This document shows, one piece after another, positions 33,640 to 48,239 of a stretch of DNA of 64,000 bases (position 1 is its first letter; every line of letters begins with the position of its first letter). A program made the translations under genes and the position numbers. Location: assembly GCF_030028105.1 (NCBI RefSeq), contig NC_092379.1:45680150-45744149 (forward strand). The letters run 5' to 3'. Source of the stretch: Mobula birostris. Lineage: Eukaryota. The notes below the pieces were generated by a model. That model was not told the DNA's origin, searched no databases, and was given only the letters and a program-made list of their open reading frames with translations.

Positions 33640-35735
33640 CAAAGGCTTACGTTAATGAGACACTCAAAGTATTGAATGCTGCCACGGGCAAACAAGAAAC
33701 TACGCACGACTAACAATTTAAAATCCTACTTGCAGACTTCAGTCAAGCTTGTTTGAAGGAACCTATGCCCAACCAGAAGTCCTGGATGAATCAAAAAATC
33801 CACAATCTGCTGAGGGCCACATCAAAGGTCTAGCAACTAAGTAAGATACAAGAGGTCCATGTACAATATCGAGAAAGCTATCTCACAGGCGAGGTGGCAT
33901 TTCCAGACCAAAACTGAAACAACGTAGGATGCTCAACAACTGTGGCAGGGCTTAACTGCCATTATCTCTTCCAAAGTGAAAACAAGTGACACAGGCGTCA
34001 ACAAGGTTTCACAGCCAAATGAGTTAAATGCCTTTTATGTTCGTTTTGACCATTAAAATCATGACGGAATCTTCACGAACCCACATAGCCCCCGATGACC
34101 TGGTCAAGTCAATTTCTGAGGCCGATGTGAGAGTAACCCTCTAGTGGTAACACCACGGAAAGCATCTGGCCCCTGAGGAATAACTTGCTGATTACCAAAG
34201 AACTATGCGTGAGTGTTCACTGATAACTTTAACCTCTCACGTCGGTAGTCTGAGGCACCCACCAGCTTCAAGGCAGCTGCAGTTACATGGGTGTCCCAGA
34301 AGAGCGTGGTAACCACTGGAATAACAATCGTTAGTATTTACATCAGCTGTGATGAAGTGTTTTGAGAGACTGGTGATAAAACATATCAACTCCTTCCTGA
34401 GAGGCAGCTTGGATCCGCTTCAATTTGCCTACCAGCGAACAGACCCACAGCAGATGCCGTTTCATTGGCTCTTCACTCAACATTAGAACATCTGAACAGC
34501 ATGTTCTTCTTTGACTACAGTTCAGCATTCAGTACTATCATCCCCTGAAAACTAATCAATAGACAGCAAGACCTTGTCCTCCATTACTCACTTACAGTCC
34601 CCAGTCAATTCAGATTGGCAACACTATCTCCTCCACAATCTTCATCAGCACATGTGCAGCACAAGGCTGTGTGCGTAGTCACCTGCCCTACTCGCTTTAT
34701 GCTTTTAACTGTGAGGCTAAGCACAGCTCAAAGTCATATTTAAGTTTGCTGATGACACCACTGTCATTGGCCGAATCAAAGGTGGTCACCAATCAGCATA
34801 TAGGAAAGAGACTGAAAATATGGCTGAGTGGGGCCAAACAACAAACTATTACTCATTGTCAGTAGCAGCATTATTATTGACTTCGGTGGGAAGAAATCGC
34901 AGATCCGTGAATCAGTCCGCATCGGGAGATCAGAGATGGAGAGTGTCAGCAACTCAAATTTCCTTGGTGTTATCAGTTTAGAGGATTCGGCTTGGACTAG
35001 CACGTAAGTGCTATTGCGAAGAAAGCATGACAGCATTCCACTTTCTAAGAAGTTTGCTAAGGTTCGGCGTGTCATGTGAAACTTTGACAAAGTTCTATAG
35101 CTATATGGTGGAGCTATATATTGACTAGTTGCGTCAGGACCTGGTATGGAAACACCAATGCCCTTTAACGAAAAATCCTACAAAAGGTAATGGGTACGGC
35201 CCAGCCATCATGGAAAAGGATCCCCACCATTAAACTCATCTACATGGAGCATTACTGCAAGAAGGAACATCCATCACCAAGAACCCCCACCACCCAGGTC
35301 ATGCTCTCTTCTTGCAGGAAGAAGATACAGGAGCCTTAAGACCTACTTCAACCAATGGGACTTGCTTCACTCAACTTCACTTGCTCTATGATTGAACTGT
35401 TCCCACAACGTATCGGCTCACTTTAAAGGACTCTTAATCTAATGGTGTCGATACTTATTTATTATTATTATTATTATTATTGTTGTTATTGTCATTATTA
35501 TAATATTATTATTATTATTATTTCTTTTTTCCCCATTTAGTATTTGCATAGTTTGTTGTATTTTGCAGCGTGATAGTTTGTCCGACATGTACTGTGTGGT
35601 TTTCATTGATTCTATTATGCTTCATAGGTTTACTGAGAATGCCCGCAAGGAAACAAATTTCATTATTGTATATGGTGATAAATATGTACTTTGATAATAA
35701 ATGTGCTTTAAACTTTGAACTTTGTAACTTAACAA
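33640..35735 (+). mobile_element. Rex1/Babar LINE, decayed RT and 3' UTR with a (TAT)n run at about 35455-35521
   Basis: VMKCFERLVIKHINSFLRGSLDPLQFAYQ..TADAVSLALHSTLEHL and KFADDTTVIG motifs, with frameshifts. Confidence 0.85.
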
Positions 35736-38259
35736 TAAGTCCCGATGCACTTTCATGCCATTCACATTTATTGAAAACATAAATGGTCCCAGCACCAATC
35801 TTTTTACCTCTTAAATATCACAGAAGAAACCTTCTGAAGTCACCAGGAACATCATTTTAGCATAGCTCCCTGAATCTAGTAGGCCCTAATATTTCAGATT
35901 ACTTTCCTAAATTGGACGTATTGCTGGCCTTTCTGATGTATCTACTATGTCAGCCGTATCTACTATCCTGCCCTCACCAATACACTCAATTACCTTCTTT
36001 TAAACATACACATTGGTTACCGAGATGTGCCCTTAACATGCCCGGTATCCCTTGTTGATCCACCCACCCCAACACCCCCACATCCCCACCCGGGCACACA
36101 CACACTGTTTCCAAGTGTATCACTCCAAGATTTCCAAAAGTGTAATACCACCTCCTCTTTGTCATCTTCCCTCGTCTTCTCTGAAACCTTTATACCCTGT
36201 TGACTGATTAGCTGGCTTTTAATTGCGTCTCATCAATGGAAATAAAAACCTTAACCAAAATCAAAATCAAAGTTTTAACTAAAGGTCTGACTTCAACTAC
36301 CTAAATTAGACTGCTTGCATTTAAATAGATCGAAATTAGTTTTGTATTCCCCCTTCTCTGCATTTATCCATCAGCTTTGCCAATCGATGTACTCACTTTT
36401 TCGCCTTCAGCTGAATGCACATTGCCATATAAACATCCAAGGAGTGGCCCGTTTCTCTGTGGTCATCCTTATTAGAAGGTTGCAAGTTCATCCACGACTT
36501 AACTCCAAAAAAAAAAAGATGGTTTTGAATTATTGGGATCAGTCTCAATTAGTCTATTTAAAAGTAAATGGTTGTCGGCAAGTTGCTGGTTACAGAATTT
36601 GGACAGCAGGTTGCGATTCGTTTGGGCAATATTAACACCTGTTATCAAATGGGAAAAGGTAAACAGGCACAGTGAGTAAAATATACATGCTGGAATTGAG
36701 GATGTGTTTCATTGAGGTGTGATTCTGGAATACTGGAGTTTTTTTTTCCTCCAATGAGTGAAAGACGCGGCGCTGACATCTAATTGAACGTCGTCGCCCT
36801 CGTTAGACATGGCAATCTAGCACAAAACATGGAAAAGAGAATAGAAAGGGATTTAGAGAGAAGAGCTGCACCTGGAAAAGGAAAAAAAAAAGAGTGTAGA
36901 TAGTTTTTTATTTTCCCTCAATAGATGCTGCCTAGCTTGCTGAGTTCCTTCAGCATTCAGTCCGTGTTGCCGGAATAAGTTTCAGACACGTTGCTGTGAA
37001 CGTGGGTGAAGGAAAGAAAAAGTGTGTGAGCTTTGATAGAATGGATGGTTAATTTGAAAACATATACGCCACTAGATTAGGAGCCAGCAATATGAGTTAG
37101 AATCCAACAGTGGCAACTCGAGAATTTGAGATCATCATCTCATTAAAAATATTTTAAAGTTAGCTTTGGCAGATCGCAAGGCATGAGAGAAATAAACAGG
37201 AAAAAAAAAATGCTCCCCCGTCCTCTGTAGGAAAGAATGTCTCTTCTCATTCCCCAGTTCGCTCCAGTGTCACGAACTGAACTTCTTGACATAACCACGA
37301 TACATTTAGGATCCTCGTCCTTACAAAGATAATAATCCACCTTAATTGAATCCAAACATTAAAAAATCTGGAATACCATAAGAATTTGAATTTGAAATCT
37401 CCAATTCTGCCTTATGGACTGGAATATATTTCATTTCAGATAGACTCCGTTACTGCCATCCTCTGGTCATTGTTGGTATGCCAAGACAAGATTTAAGCAT
37501 TCATCATATTCAAAGTTTCTGTGTTCTAAATCCATTTATCCGCCTTATCTCATGAGTATCAACACGTTCATCTAAAAAAAAACTAAAAGCTATTGGTCTC
37601 AGCCAACCCAAAATTTGCCGGGTAAAATTTAGGCAATATTTGTTTGAACTTGTGAGGGAATAAGTAGGAGGTTTTACTCATATCTTACTCATTTTATTCA
37701 TATCCTTTTATAGGATCCTACACCAGCGTTACTTTCTGCGTAAATTTTATTCACACTTCACACTTCAATGCAATCACTCTTATTCTTATAAAGTGTAGAA
37801 AAGACAATGGACGTGTCTGTTTTGTACACATTTGGCCACTGATATCATTTCACCAATTCAACATTGAATGTCCAGGGAATATATGCCCGTAAATAAAACA
37901 ATAGCTCGGAAGATCATGGTTCACAATAAAATCCCTTTGTGCCTCTTACAGATGCAGTACCACCGGACGTGTTTTGTGTTACAGACATACGCGTTTGTCA
38001 CTTTCCTAAGAATTACCAGCATCCGTGAAATTCAGCATTTGTGAACGCTTGCTGAATTACGTGCTTGCTGCCTTAACTGTAGTCAGCAATATAACTTTCC
38101 TACAGTTGGGTTCTGTAGGACGCAACTGAACTCAAAAGCAGAAAACGCTGAAAGTAATCAGCAGCTCGCTGCATCTGTAGGAAAGATGCAATGTTGACAG
38201 TTGAATTTGATATCCTCGAATTAGAAGTGTGAAAGTTAACAATAAAAGATTGTTTCGGA

Positions 38260-38350
<91 letters not shown>
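38260..38350. repeat. (GT)n(GA)n compound microsatellite
   Basis: Directly visible. Confidence 0.95.
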
Positions 38351-38354
<4 letters not shown>

Positions 38355-39469
38355 CACGAGCGCGAGATGAGAGGCAAGCGTTCTGTATCACGGCTTATTT
38401 CTGTGTGTTGTGTTTGCGTGAGAAACAGAGATAGACAGACTGAGAAACAGGCAGTAAAAGAGGACAGTGATAGAGAGAGGGATGAGAAAGGGGAGAGGGA
38501 GAGAGAGAAAAAAAAGAAACAGAACAGTGAATTGTCATATTTGCTAATTCTCGAATTTAAATACCGATCTTTATTTACATGCGACTTCGACAGGACATGG
38601 CATGTCCACATGCATATTGCCAAATATCGTCGCGAGCTGACATTTTGTTTCAATTGTTCCTTACTACTCCCTGAAAGCCGAGCGAATACATTCGCAACCT
38701 GTTCAATATTCTATTTTAAGACAGGTTACCCAACCCCACCGTTACATCTATCAATTCAGGGAGTCTTTATTTCCAAAGAAGCAATATACAGTATGTCCGT
38801 AAACAGATTTCCAGGTGTTATATCAACAATGTCCATTAAAACTCTAGCAAACCTCCCTTATTTTGCGTCAAATTTCTCGATAATAAACTGTAACATTCTG
38901 TTACTTTCCCGGATAATTTGTGTAAATCATATATATTCTTAGCATCAGTCGCTGGATGACGAGGTGACGTTGGGAATCGACTGATAAGATACTAGAAAAA
39001 GTAGAAATAATCTCTCGAAAATTACGAAAATGTGATGCATAGCTTTGGAGGTACAAGAAACCACGTGGGACTTCACGGAATAATTAGGAGCTGATGATGC
39101 TTCAGTTTAAAACAAAAACACCGAATGCTTTCAAGCAACTCGTAGGGGTTGCTTGGAATTCTCCATTCAAGCTGGTCGTTGAGGTTCAGGTGACGGGAAT
39201 ATTCCAGACGAAATTGATAGTAAAGTAATCACGAATATACAGTAGACGAAAAGAGTCAGCTATGACCCTACTGAATGGTAGAGCTTATTATTGCTTTAAT
39301 TGCGTACATTGCAAATAAAGGGTAAGTAACAGAGTAAGCAAGGTGAAATTTCGTAGACTGGACGGACGCAATGACACCTTGAAAGGTATTAGCAGTAGAA
39401 ACTGGATGGAAAAGATGCATCCAGCAGAGAAATGCTGGGCATGAGATATCAGTTAAATAAAAAGTAAAA

Positions 39470-42400
39470 GGGAGGTGAGAGCTAATAGTGGACCACTGGA
39501 AAATTATGCTGGTGCGGTAGTAATGGGGTCAAAGAAATGGCAGATGAACTTAATGGGTACTTTGCATCTGTCTTCACTATGGGTGATACTAGCAGTATAC
39601 CAGTAGTTCGTGAGTGTCAGGAAGCAGGGTGAGTGTAATCGCTATTACAAAGGAAAAAGTGCTGATCAAGCTCAAAGATTTTAAGGTGGATACGTCACCT
39701 GGGCCAGATGGTCTTCAGAGAGGTTGCCGAAGAGATAACAGATGCATTGGTCATGATCTTTCAAGAATCACTAGATTCTGGCATGGTCCCAGAGGACTGC
39801 AAGATCGCAAATGTCACTCCTCTAAGAAGAGGGTGGGGGGTGCAAATGAAAGGAAATTATAGGCCAGTTAGCCTAACTCCTGTGGTTAGGAAAATGTTGG
39901 AGTCTATTATTAAGGATGAGGTTCCGAAGTACTTGGAAACTAATGATAAATAAGTCAATGTCAGCATTGGTTACAGAAAGTCCCGTCTTTAACGGGAAAT
40001 TTTGTTTGACAGATCTGTTAGAGTTCTTCGAGGAAGTTAACAAGCAGGGTGAACAAAGGAGAGGCAGTGGACGTCATTTACTTGGATTTCCAGAAGGGTT
40101 TGATAATGTGCTACACATGAGGCTGCTAAACAGGATAAAATCATATGGCGTTACAGGAAGGATACTGGCATGGTTAGCGGAATAGCTGACAGGCAGGAGG
40201 CAGCGAGTGGGAATAATAGAGGTCTTTTCCGGTTGGCTGCCGGTGACTAGTGGTGTTCCTCAGGGGTCATATTTGGACAACTGCTTTCACATTGTTTGTC
40301 AATGACCTCGATGATGGAATTGATAGCTTTGTGGCAATGTTTGCAGGTGATACGAAGAGAGGTGGATGACTAGGTAATGCTGAGAAAGCAATGCGATTGC
40401 AGCAGGACATGGACAAATTGGAAGAATGGGCAAAAAGTGGCAGATGGAATACAGTGTTCGGAAATTTAAGATAGTGCATTTCGGTAAAAAGGAACATAGT
40501 GCGAACTATTCCCTAAATAGGGAGAAGATCCAAACATAATAGCACCTAGGATTTAGGAGTCTTGGTGCAAAACTTCCAGAAAATCAATTATCAGGCAGTC
40601 TGTCGTAAAGAAGACAAATGTAATGTTGGCGATCATTTCAAGGGGAATAGAATATAAAACAGGGAGAAAATGCTGAGCCTTTATAAGATATTAGGCAGAC
40701 CGCACTTAGTCTATTGTCAACAGTTTCGGGCACCAGATTTCAGAAAGTATGTGTTGAAATTGGGGAGAGTTCAGAGGACGCTCACGGGATGATTCCAGGA
40801 ATGAAGCGGTTAACAATGAGGAGTGTGCGGCAGCTTTGGGCCTGTACTCACTGGAATTTAGAAGAATGCGGGGCGATTTCATTGAAACCTACCGAATGCT
40901 GAAAGGACTCGATAGGGTGGATGTGGGGAGGATGCTTCCTTTGGTGGGGAAATCCAGAACTAGAGGGCACAGCCTCAAAGTTGAGGGACAACCGTTTAGA
41001 ACAGGATGAAAAAGGATTTCTTTTTGCCAAAGAAGTAGCTAATCTGTAGACTGCTGTGTCACAGACTGTGCTGGAGACCAAATCCATGCATATATAGAAC
41101 ATAGAAAATAGAATATACAGCACAGTACAGGCCCTTCGGCCCACAATGTTGTGTCGACCCTCAAACCCTGCCTCCCATATAAGCCCCACCTTAAATCCCT
41201 CCATATACCTGTCTTGTAGTCTCTTAAACTTCACTAGTGTATCTGCATCTACCACTGACTCAGGCAGTGCATTCCAGACACCAACCACTCTCTGAGTAAA
41301 AAACCTTCCTCTAATATCCTCCTTGAACTTCCCACCCCTTACCTTAAAGCCCCGTCCTCTTGTATTGAGCAGTGGTGCCCTGGGGAAGAGGCGCTGGCAA
41401 TCCACTTTATCTATTCCTCTTATTGTCTTGTACACCTCTGTCATGTCTCCTCTCATCCTCCTTCTCTCCAAAGGGTAAAGCCCTAGCTCCCTTAATCTCT
41501 GATCATAATGCATACTCTCTAAACCAAGCAGCATCCTGGTAAATCTCCTCTGTACCCTTTCCAATGCTTCCACATCCTTCCTATAGTGAAGCGACCAGAA
41601 CTGGATACAGTACTCCAAGTGTGGCCTATCCAGAGTTTTATAGAGCTGCATCATTACATCGTGACTCCTAAACTCTATCCCTCGACTTTGAAAGCCAACA
41701 CCCCATAAGCTTTCTTAACTACCCTATCCGCCTGTGAGGCAACTTTCAGGGATCTGTGGACATGTACCCCCAGATCCCTCTGCTCCTCCACACTACCAAG
41801 TATCCTGACATTTACTTATTACTCAGCCTTGGAGTTTGTCCTTTCAAAGTGTACCACTTCACACTTCTCCGGGTTGAACTCTATCTGCCACTTCTCAGCC
41901 CACTTCTGCATCCTATCAATGTCTCTCTGGAATCTTTGACAATCCTCCACACTATCTACAACACCACTAATCTTTGTGTCGTCTGCAAACTTGCCAGCCC
42001 ACCCTACTACCCGCACATCCAGGTGGTTAATAAAAATCACGAAAATTAGAGGTCCCAGAACAGATCCTTGTGGGACACCACTAGTCACAATCCTCCAATC
42101 TGAATGTACGCCCTCCACCACGACACTCCGACTTCTGCAGGCAAGCCAATTCTGAATCCACTTGGCCAGATTTCCACGTATCCCATGCCTTCTGACTTTC
42201 TGAATAAGCCTACCGTTGGAACCTTGTCAAATGTCTTACTAAAATCCATATAGATCACATCCACTGCTATACCCTCATCTATATGCCTGGTTACCTCCTC
42301 AAAGAATTCTATCAGGCTTGATGGGCACGATCTGCCCTTCACAAAGCCACGCTGACTGTCCCTGATCAGACCATGATTCTCTAAATGCCCAGAGATCCTA

Positions 42401-43793
42401 TCTCTAAGAATCTTTTCCAACAGCTTTCCCACCACAGGCGTAAGGCTCACTGGTCTATAATTACCCGGACTATCCCTACTAGCTATTTTGAACAAGTCAA
42501 CAACATTCGCCTCCCTCCAATCCTCCGGTACCATTCCTGTGGACAACGAGGACATAAAGATCCTAGCCAGAGGCTCAGCAAGCTCTTCCCTCGCATTGTG
42601 GAGAAGCCTGGGGAATATTCCCTCAGGCCCCAGGGACTTATCTGTCCTAATGTACTTTAACAACTCTAACACCTCCTCTCCCTTAATATCAACATGCTCC
42701 AGAACATCAACCTCACTCATATTGTCCTCACCATCATCAAGTTCCCTCTCATTGGTGAATACCTAAGAGAAGTATTCATTGAGGACCTCGCTCACTTCCA
42801 CAGCCTCCAGGCACATCTTTCCACCTTTATCTCTAATCGGTCCTACCTTCACTCCTGTCATCCTTTTTTTCTTCACATAATTGAAGAATACCTTGGGGTT
42901 TTCCTTTACCCTACTCGCCAAGGCCTTCTCATGCCCCCTTCTTGCTCTTCTCAGCCCCTTCTTAAGCTCCATTCTTGTTTCCCTATATTCCTCTATAAAC
43001 CCATCTAATCCCTGTTTCCTAAACCTCATATATGCTGCCTTCTTCCATGTGACTAGATTTTCCACCTCACTTGTCACCCATGGTTCCTTCACCCTACTAT
43101 TCTTTATCTTCCTCACCGGGAGAAATTTATCCCTGATATCCTGCAAGAGATCTCTAAACATCGACCACATATTCATAGTACATTTCCCTGCAAAAACATC
43201 ATCCCAATTCACACCCGTAAGTTCTAGCCTCATAGCCTCATAATTTGCGCTTCCCCAATTAAAGACAATTCCAGTCCTCTCTGATTATATCCTTTTCCAT
43301 GATAATGCTGAAAGCCAGGGAGCTGTGCTCACTGCCCCCTAGATGATCACCCACTGAGAGATCTGTGACCTGACCCGGTTCCTTACCTAGTACTAGATCT
43401 AGTATGGCATTCCCCCTCGCCAGCCTGTCCACATACTGTGACTGGAATCCGTCCTGGACACACTTAACAAACTCTGCCCCATCTAAACCTTTGGAACTAA
43501 TCAGGTTCCAATCAATATTAAGGAAGTTAAAGTCACCCATGATAACAACCCTGTTATTTTTGCAAATTTCCAACATCTGCCTCCCAATCTGCTCCTCTGT
43601 AGCTCTGCTGCTGCCATATTTAAGGCAGAAGTTGATCTTTCTCTGATCGGTCAGGGCGTCAAAGGATATGGCGTGAAGGTAGGTGTGTGGGGCTGAGTGG
43701 GATTTGGAATCAGCCGTGATAGAATGGCGGAGCAGACTCGACAGGCTGAAAGGCGTAATTGTGCTTCTATGTCTCATGGTCTTATGGTCTTAT
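39470..43793 (+). mobile_element. Decayed CR1 (outer element), interrupted at about 41096-43615
   Basis: DTSPGPDG, NYRPVSLT and SGVPQG remnants. Its 3' end continues across the nested element (TCCATGCATATAT | ATATTTAAGGCAGAAGTTGAT) to a CTTATGGTCTTAT tail. Confidence 0.8.
41096..43615 (-). mobile_element. Nested CR1 (endonuclease end plus RT), frameshifted
   Basis: Tail AGAACATAGAAAATAGAA at the left end and ORF2 segments in the ORF track ([16 protein letters not shown]). A possible ATAT duplication marks the junctions. Confidence 0.9.
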
Positions 43794-44812
43794 TGAGATG
43801 AGGACATACCAGGTGGAGGTACAATGGATCAGAGAGAGACAAAAAGCTGAAATTTGAGCTGCAATATTGGGAACGAACCTGAAATTGCTCGATTTCAAGC
43901 CTAAAGCTGAGCTACCGATCTTCATAAAATTGTGGAAACAGAGCTTTGAGTGGAGGTTATATGGAAGTTAGTCCGTCAGGCGAGTGGAAGCTCGTGATCG
44001 TTCTAACAAACACCATCTTCTCTGCCAAACGATGACACAATTAGCATTTAGTTTGCAAATGCACCGAATACACTATTCTAAATTAGAGACAAATATGCTA
44101 TTATTCATTCAGCTGAAACTCGACACAAGTAATACATGTCTGCCTCCCCTTTATATGCCCGACCTTGGCACCACCATGACCTCCACCTGCCTCTAACTGC
44201 AATTTGGCCATGTATGTATTTATACGTATCTTCAAAAGCGTTTATTCATTTCTGAAATGGATACATCAATATGTTTTCAGTTCCATAGTTACTGCAATCA
44301 GCATTTCAGGAGTTAAGGACTCAGGTTCACTTTTCTCTAATATATAATTATTTTTTTCCAATATTTTTCAATGTGACAACTCAAATCCACATTCTACCTC
44401 GATCGCTTTATCTGCTGGGGTTAGGGTTTGGGAAGGAGAAAGAATTGGCAAATATTATGCTCTGTAACTAAGCAAACTAATTGAAAAAAAATACAGGAGC
44501 AAGGATAATTGTCTACTTACATATTTTTAAAACATTTTGTGAGGGGCTCACATATGACGTAGTGGCGTAATGACTTATGCCATTCACGTCCATCCTACAT
44601 ATAACCCAGATTGAATTATGTGAACAAAGAAGGAATACTCAATCAATATATTTAAAATATTTCTCTAAAATTAGTGAAATATTAAATACACTACACTCGT
44701 CACTGCATAGCTATAAACTCGAACACAATATCGAATGCATCTGAACTCAAATACGTAACGTATTGCTTTCTAGTCAGCTTATATATTATATTATATTATA
44801 TTATATTATCTT

Positions 44813-46327
44813 TGTCATGGTCCGGTTCGTGAAGTTTGCATTCCGGTTCACGGTCTGGTCCGTCGTTTCCTTATTCTGGGTTTTCCTGTTTTCCCTTGTT
44901 CCATTAGCTGCCTTAATTGAGGCACTTGATTCTCGTTTTGGGCTGGCACATAAATACCTCTCAAAAAAGGATTCCCTGCTGGACTGTTCCCTTCCCCGTC
45001 CATCCGAAGCCTCGTCTGTATCTCTGTCAAGTGCAACCGCCAGAGTAAGACCAGAGTCTTGCCACACCAAGATAAGGAAATATCTATCGTTGAGTTTGGA
45101 ACTATCTTTTTGTGTCCCCATATTTAGTGTCTGTGTCAAAGAAGAGTTCCAGCCCTAGGCCCTGTTCCCAAGGAGGGGTCCTGATTCTGTGTAAAGCCCC
45201 AACCCTAAGTCCTGTTCTCAAGGAGGGGTCCCAGCTCTCTGTTCTGTATTCCTGTGTTCCAAGTTCCAGGTGCCGCATTCCAGTCCTGTCCAAGTCAAGG
45301 CTTCGTGTTCTCGTCCTGTCAAGGTCCCTCGCCCAGCCCAGGAGTCCCTCGCCCAGCCCAGGATTTCCTCGCCCAGCCCAGGAGTGCCTCGCCCAGCCTG
45401 GGAGTTCCTCGGCCAGCCGGTGCTGGAGATTCCTCGTCCTGTGCTGGAGATTCCTCATTCTGTGCTGGATCGTCCCCATCCAAAACCTCGGCAGTTTACC
45501 TCCGCAGTCATCCTGGCCTTGTGTCCTAGAAAGGGTCCCGGCCCTGCTCTCCGAGGAGCAGTCCCGGCTCCCTACCCAACAGCCTAACCAAGCCGAGTCC
45601 TAGAGCCGAGTCAATCCTAGTCGAGGAATCTTGTCCTGCCCTGGAGTACCTCGTGCTGCCTTGGACTACCTCTTCCAGTCCACGTCCAAGGCTCTGAGCA
45701 TCCAGTCCACGTCCAGGGCTCTGAGCTTCCGGTGCACGTCCAGGGCTCTGAGTTCCTGAATTCCAAGACCCAGTCCAGGCACCGTGTTCCAGCCCCGTCC
45801 AAATCTGCACTTTGTGTCCTCTTCTGGTTCTGGTACCTCGCCCAGACCAGTGCTGGAGTTCCCTCGTCCTGTTCTGGAGTTTCCTCGTCCGGTCCGAGCG
45901 ACGTCCAAGAACCTCGTCCTGTCCACGTCAAGGTTTTGTGTTCTCGTCCTGTCCATTGCCTCTTCCTGTGCAGGAGCTCCACGTCCAGTCCTGTAGCCTA
46001 GCCACGTTCAGTTCTGTAGCCACGTCTTGTCCTCACCTAGATCCGGGATCCGAGCCTGACACAAGACCTATGTTCCGGGTCCCTGTCCAGTGTCTGGCTC
46101 TGAATCCTATCCCAGGCTCCTTTTCCAAGTTCCTTATCCTGGCCCCGCTTTCCCAGTCTTAGTCCTAGCCCAGGCCCGGTGTCCTTGCCTCATCCAGGGC
46201 CTGTGTCCATGTCCAGGGTTGTTTCTACCTTACTCTTCTTGCTATCTCGATAAACCTAGTCCTGTTCTCAGTTCTTCAGTGTCTGTGTCTTGCATTTGGG
46301 TTCGCTTCCAGCGCCCTCCTTGTAACA
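44813..46327 (+). mobile_element. Solo LTR (1515 bp), relative of the 23948 family, with different internal tandem arrays
   Basis: TGTCA...TAACA termini and a perfect 5-bp TSD ATCTT (44808-44812 and 46328-46332), in a (TTATA)n tract. Its ends are homologous to the reverse complement of the 23948 LTR. Confidence 0.88.
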
Positions 46328-46399
46328 ATCTTATATATAAAGAATCTTAGGTTCTGAGCTCCTGGTTTGAGGAGCCCTCAATTTATCTCAGCTGTTTGT

Positions 46400-47960
46400 C
46401 CTGCATACTCCTTCTGAGATTGGGATTGAGGAGATCCAAGTGTCAGGGCAAGGGACGACCTAGGAACAGCATAGCTGGTGAGTTATTGGTTGCGGAATGT
46501 GCTGCATTGCGATATGCAAAGAGGAATTTGGCAAGCTGCTGATACAGTATACTGTGTTCTGCTGACATTGCTCGCAGGTACTTCTTTAGTCTCTGGCTAA
46601 AGCTTTCCGCCAAGCAATTTGTGGGTGGGTGCAGATGTAATATATCTTATTCCAACTATTTTCAGGAATGGCTGAAAATGTTCTACAGCAAACTGTGCTT
46701 CATCCTCAATGACAAAGTGCTCAGGAACACCACTTCTGGAAAAGAGGATTATTCTGCTTGTGAATACTTCGAAGTTGTAGTGGAGTCTATAAGGAGCACT
46801 TTTGGCCACTTTGGAAAATCTCACATGAATTCTCTCCCAGGGCAAAGCAGGCTATTACCACGGAAGGAGATAAGCTGTCCTGGGTATCTTCTAGACATAT
46901 TACCTTCCGAATAGTGTGTGGTTAGCTCATCAATCACAGGCAACCAGGCAAAAGCTTACCGTCAAAAATCCATTTTTTATTAATGGTATGCATCTCATCC
47001 AACGCAAAATGGGGGGATTGGAATTTCTGCTGTACAATTCAATCATTTTATGTTTCCTTGGGACAACATGAGGTCTTTTGTGGTTTCCCTCTGGATCATG
47101 TGTGCCATAATGGAGAGAATTTCGATTTGTATTAGGGAGAATATATCAAGGGGAGTGTCCTCTTTTGTAAACTTCTCAAGTATTTCCTTTTCCAATTATA
47201 ACCGGACAATGCATGTCCCAGATTAGTTGTCTTCTTGAATTAGATCTTGTAATCATGTCCTCCATCTCTGCGTTCATGCTGTCGCTGTTAGTGGAATACC
47301 CTTCTGTGGATTGAAAATGACACCAGTGGTTGATCATTAGCAATGAGGGTATACTCCCTCAAATACAGCTACTGCTTGAAACGTTTTAAACCTCAAACCA
47401 AACTGAAAGCTTCTCTGTTAATCTGCTGTGGCAAGAGAAGATAATACATTAGCTAGGGGGCGTTCATTTCCATCACTCGTAACCTATACCATAAGCGAGG
47501 CGTCACAAACAAGCTTAACTGGACGACATGGATCATAATATGTGGGTACCGTGCTTGACGTCGCCACTTCATTTGTCACCTGGAAAGCCGTCTCACATTG
47601 CTTTGTTCATTGCCACTCCTCGACCTGTAGTAACGAGTTCAAGGGATGGAGCTCAGTAGTCATGTTTGGTGGGAACCTATTATAGTAAATAACAATCGTG
47701 ACATGTCCTTTGGCCCTGGGCATTCCAACACTGCTTGAATTTTATCAGCACATTTGTGTATTCATTGTGCATTGATGGTGTGACCACATGAAGAGACTCT
47801 TGGTTTAAAGAATTCACACTTGTTGCATCGTACTCTGAGGCCATAATCTTCTAATTTTTACAACACAGTCTTGAAATTTTGGAGATGTTCCTTGTCATCC
47901 TTACCGGTGACGTTGATGTCATCCAGTTAACAATGAGTGCCTGGACAAGCTTGCAGCACC
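46400..47960 (-). mobile_element. Highly decayed Ty3/Gypsy pol remnant (RT, RNase H, integrase)
   Basis: Minus-strand GVPEHFVIEDEAQFAVEHFQPFLKIVGIRYITSAP resembles the integrase core (G.P..LVSDNGPQF...F..F....GI.H..SAP). LDDINVTGKDDKEHLQN resembles the RT YLDD region. Confidence 0.7.
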
Positions 47961-48239
47961 TGCTCCACAGCTTTCTCTTAGAATGTAGGTGCAGCTTGCT
48001 AACAGTTTGGCAGGCAAGAGTTCTCTTTTAGGAAACCATGCTGACTTTGGCACTATATTGTTATGTGCCTTCAATACCCGAACCTCATTCTTAATTATTG
48101 CCTCCAACATCTTCCTAAACACTGAAGTGAGGCCGTATGAATCGCATTCCAGTTTTATAACCTTGAAACAGATCTCCAAAACGTTACGTTTGACCTCAGT
48201 GGTTTTCTCTGATGAGAAAACAAAACGATTTTAAACAGT

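Noticed and set aside
38132-38942. 173-aa and 237-aa ORFs
   Set aside because: Held open by the (GT)n(GA)n microsatellite (VCVC/ERER/HTHT runs), with no domain.
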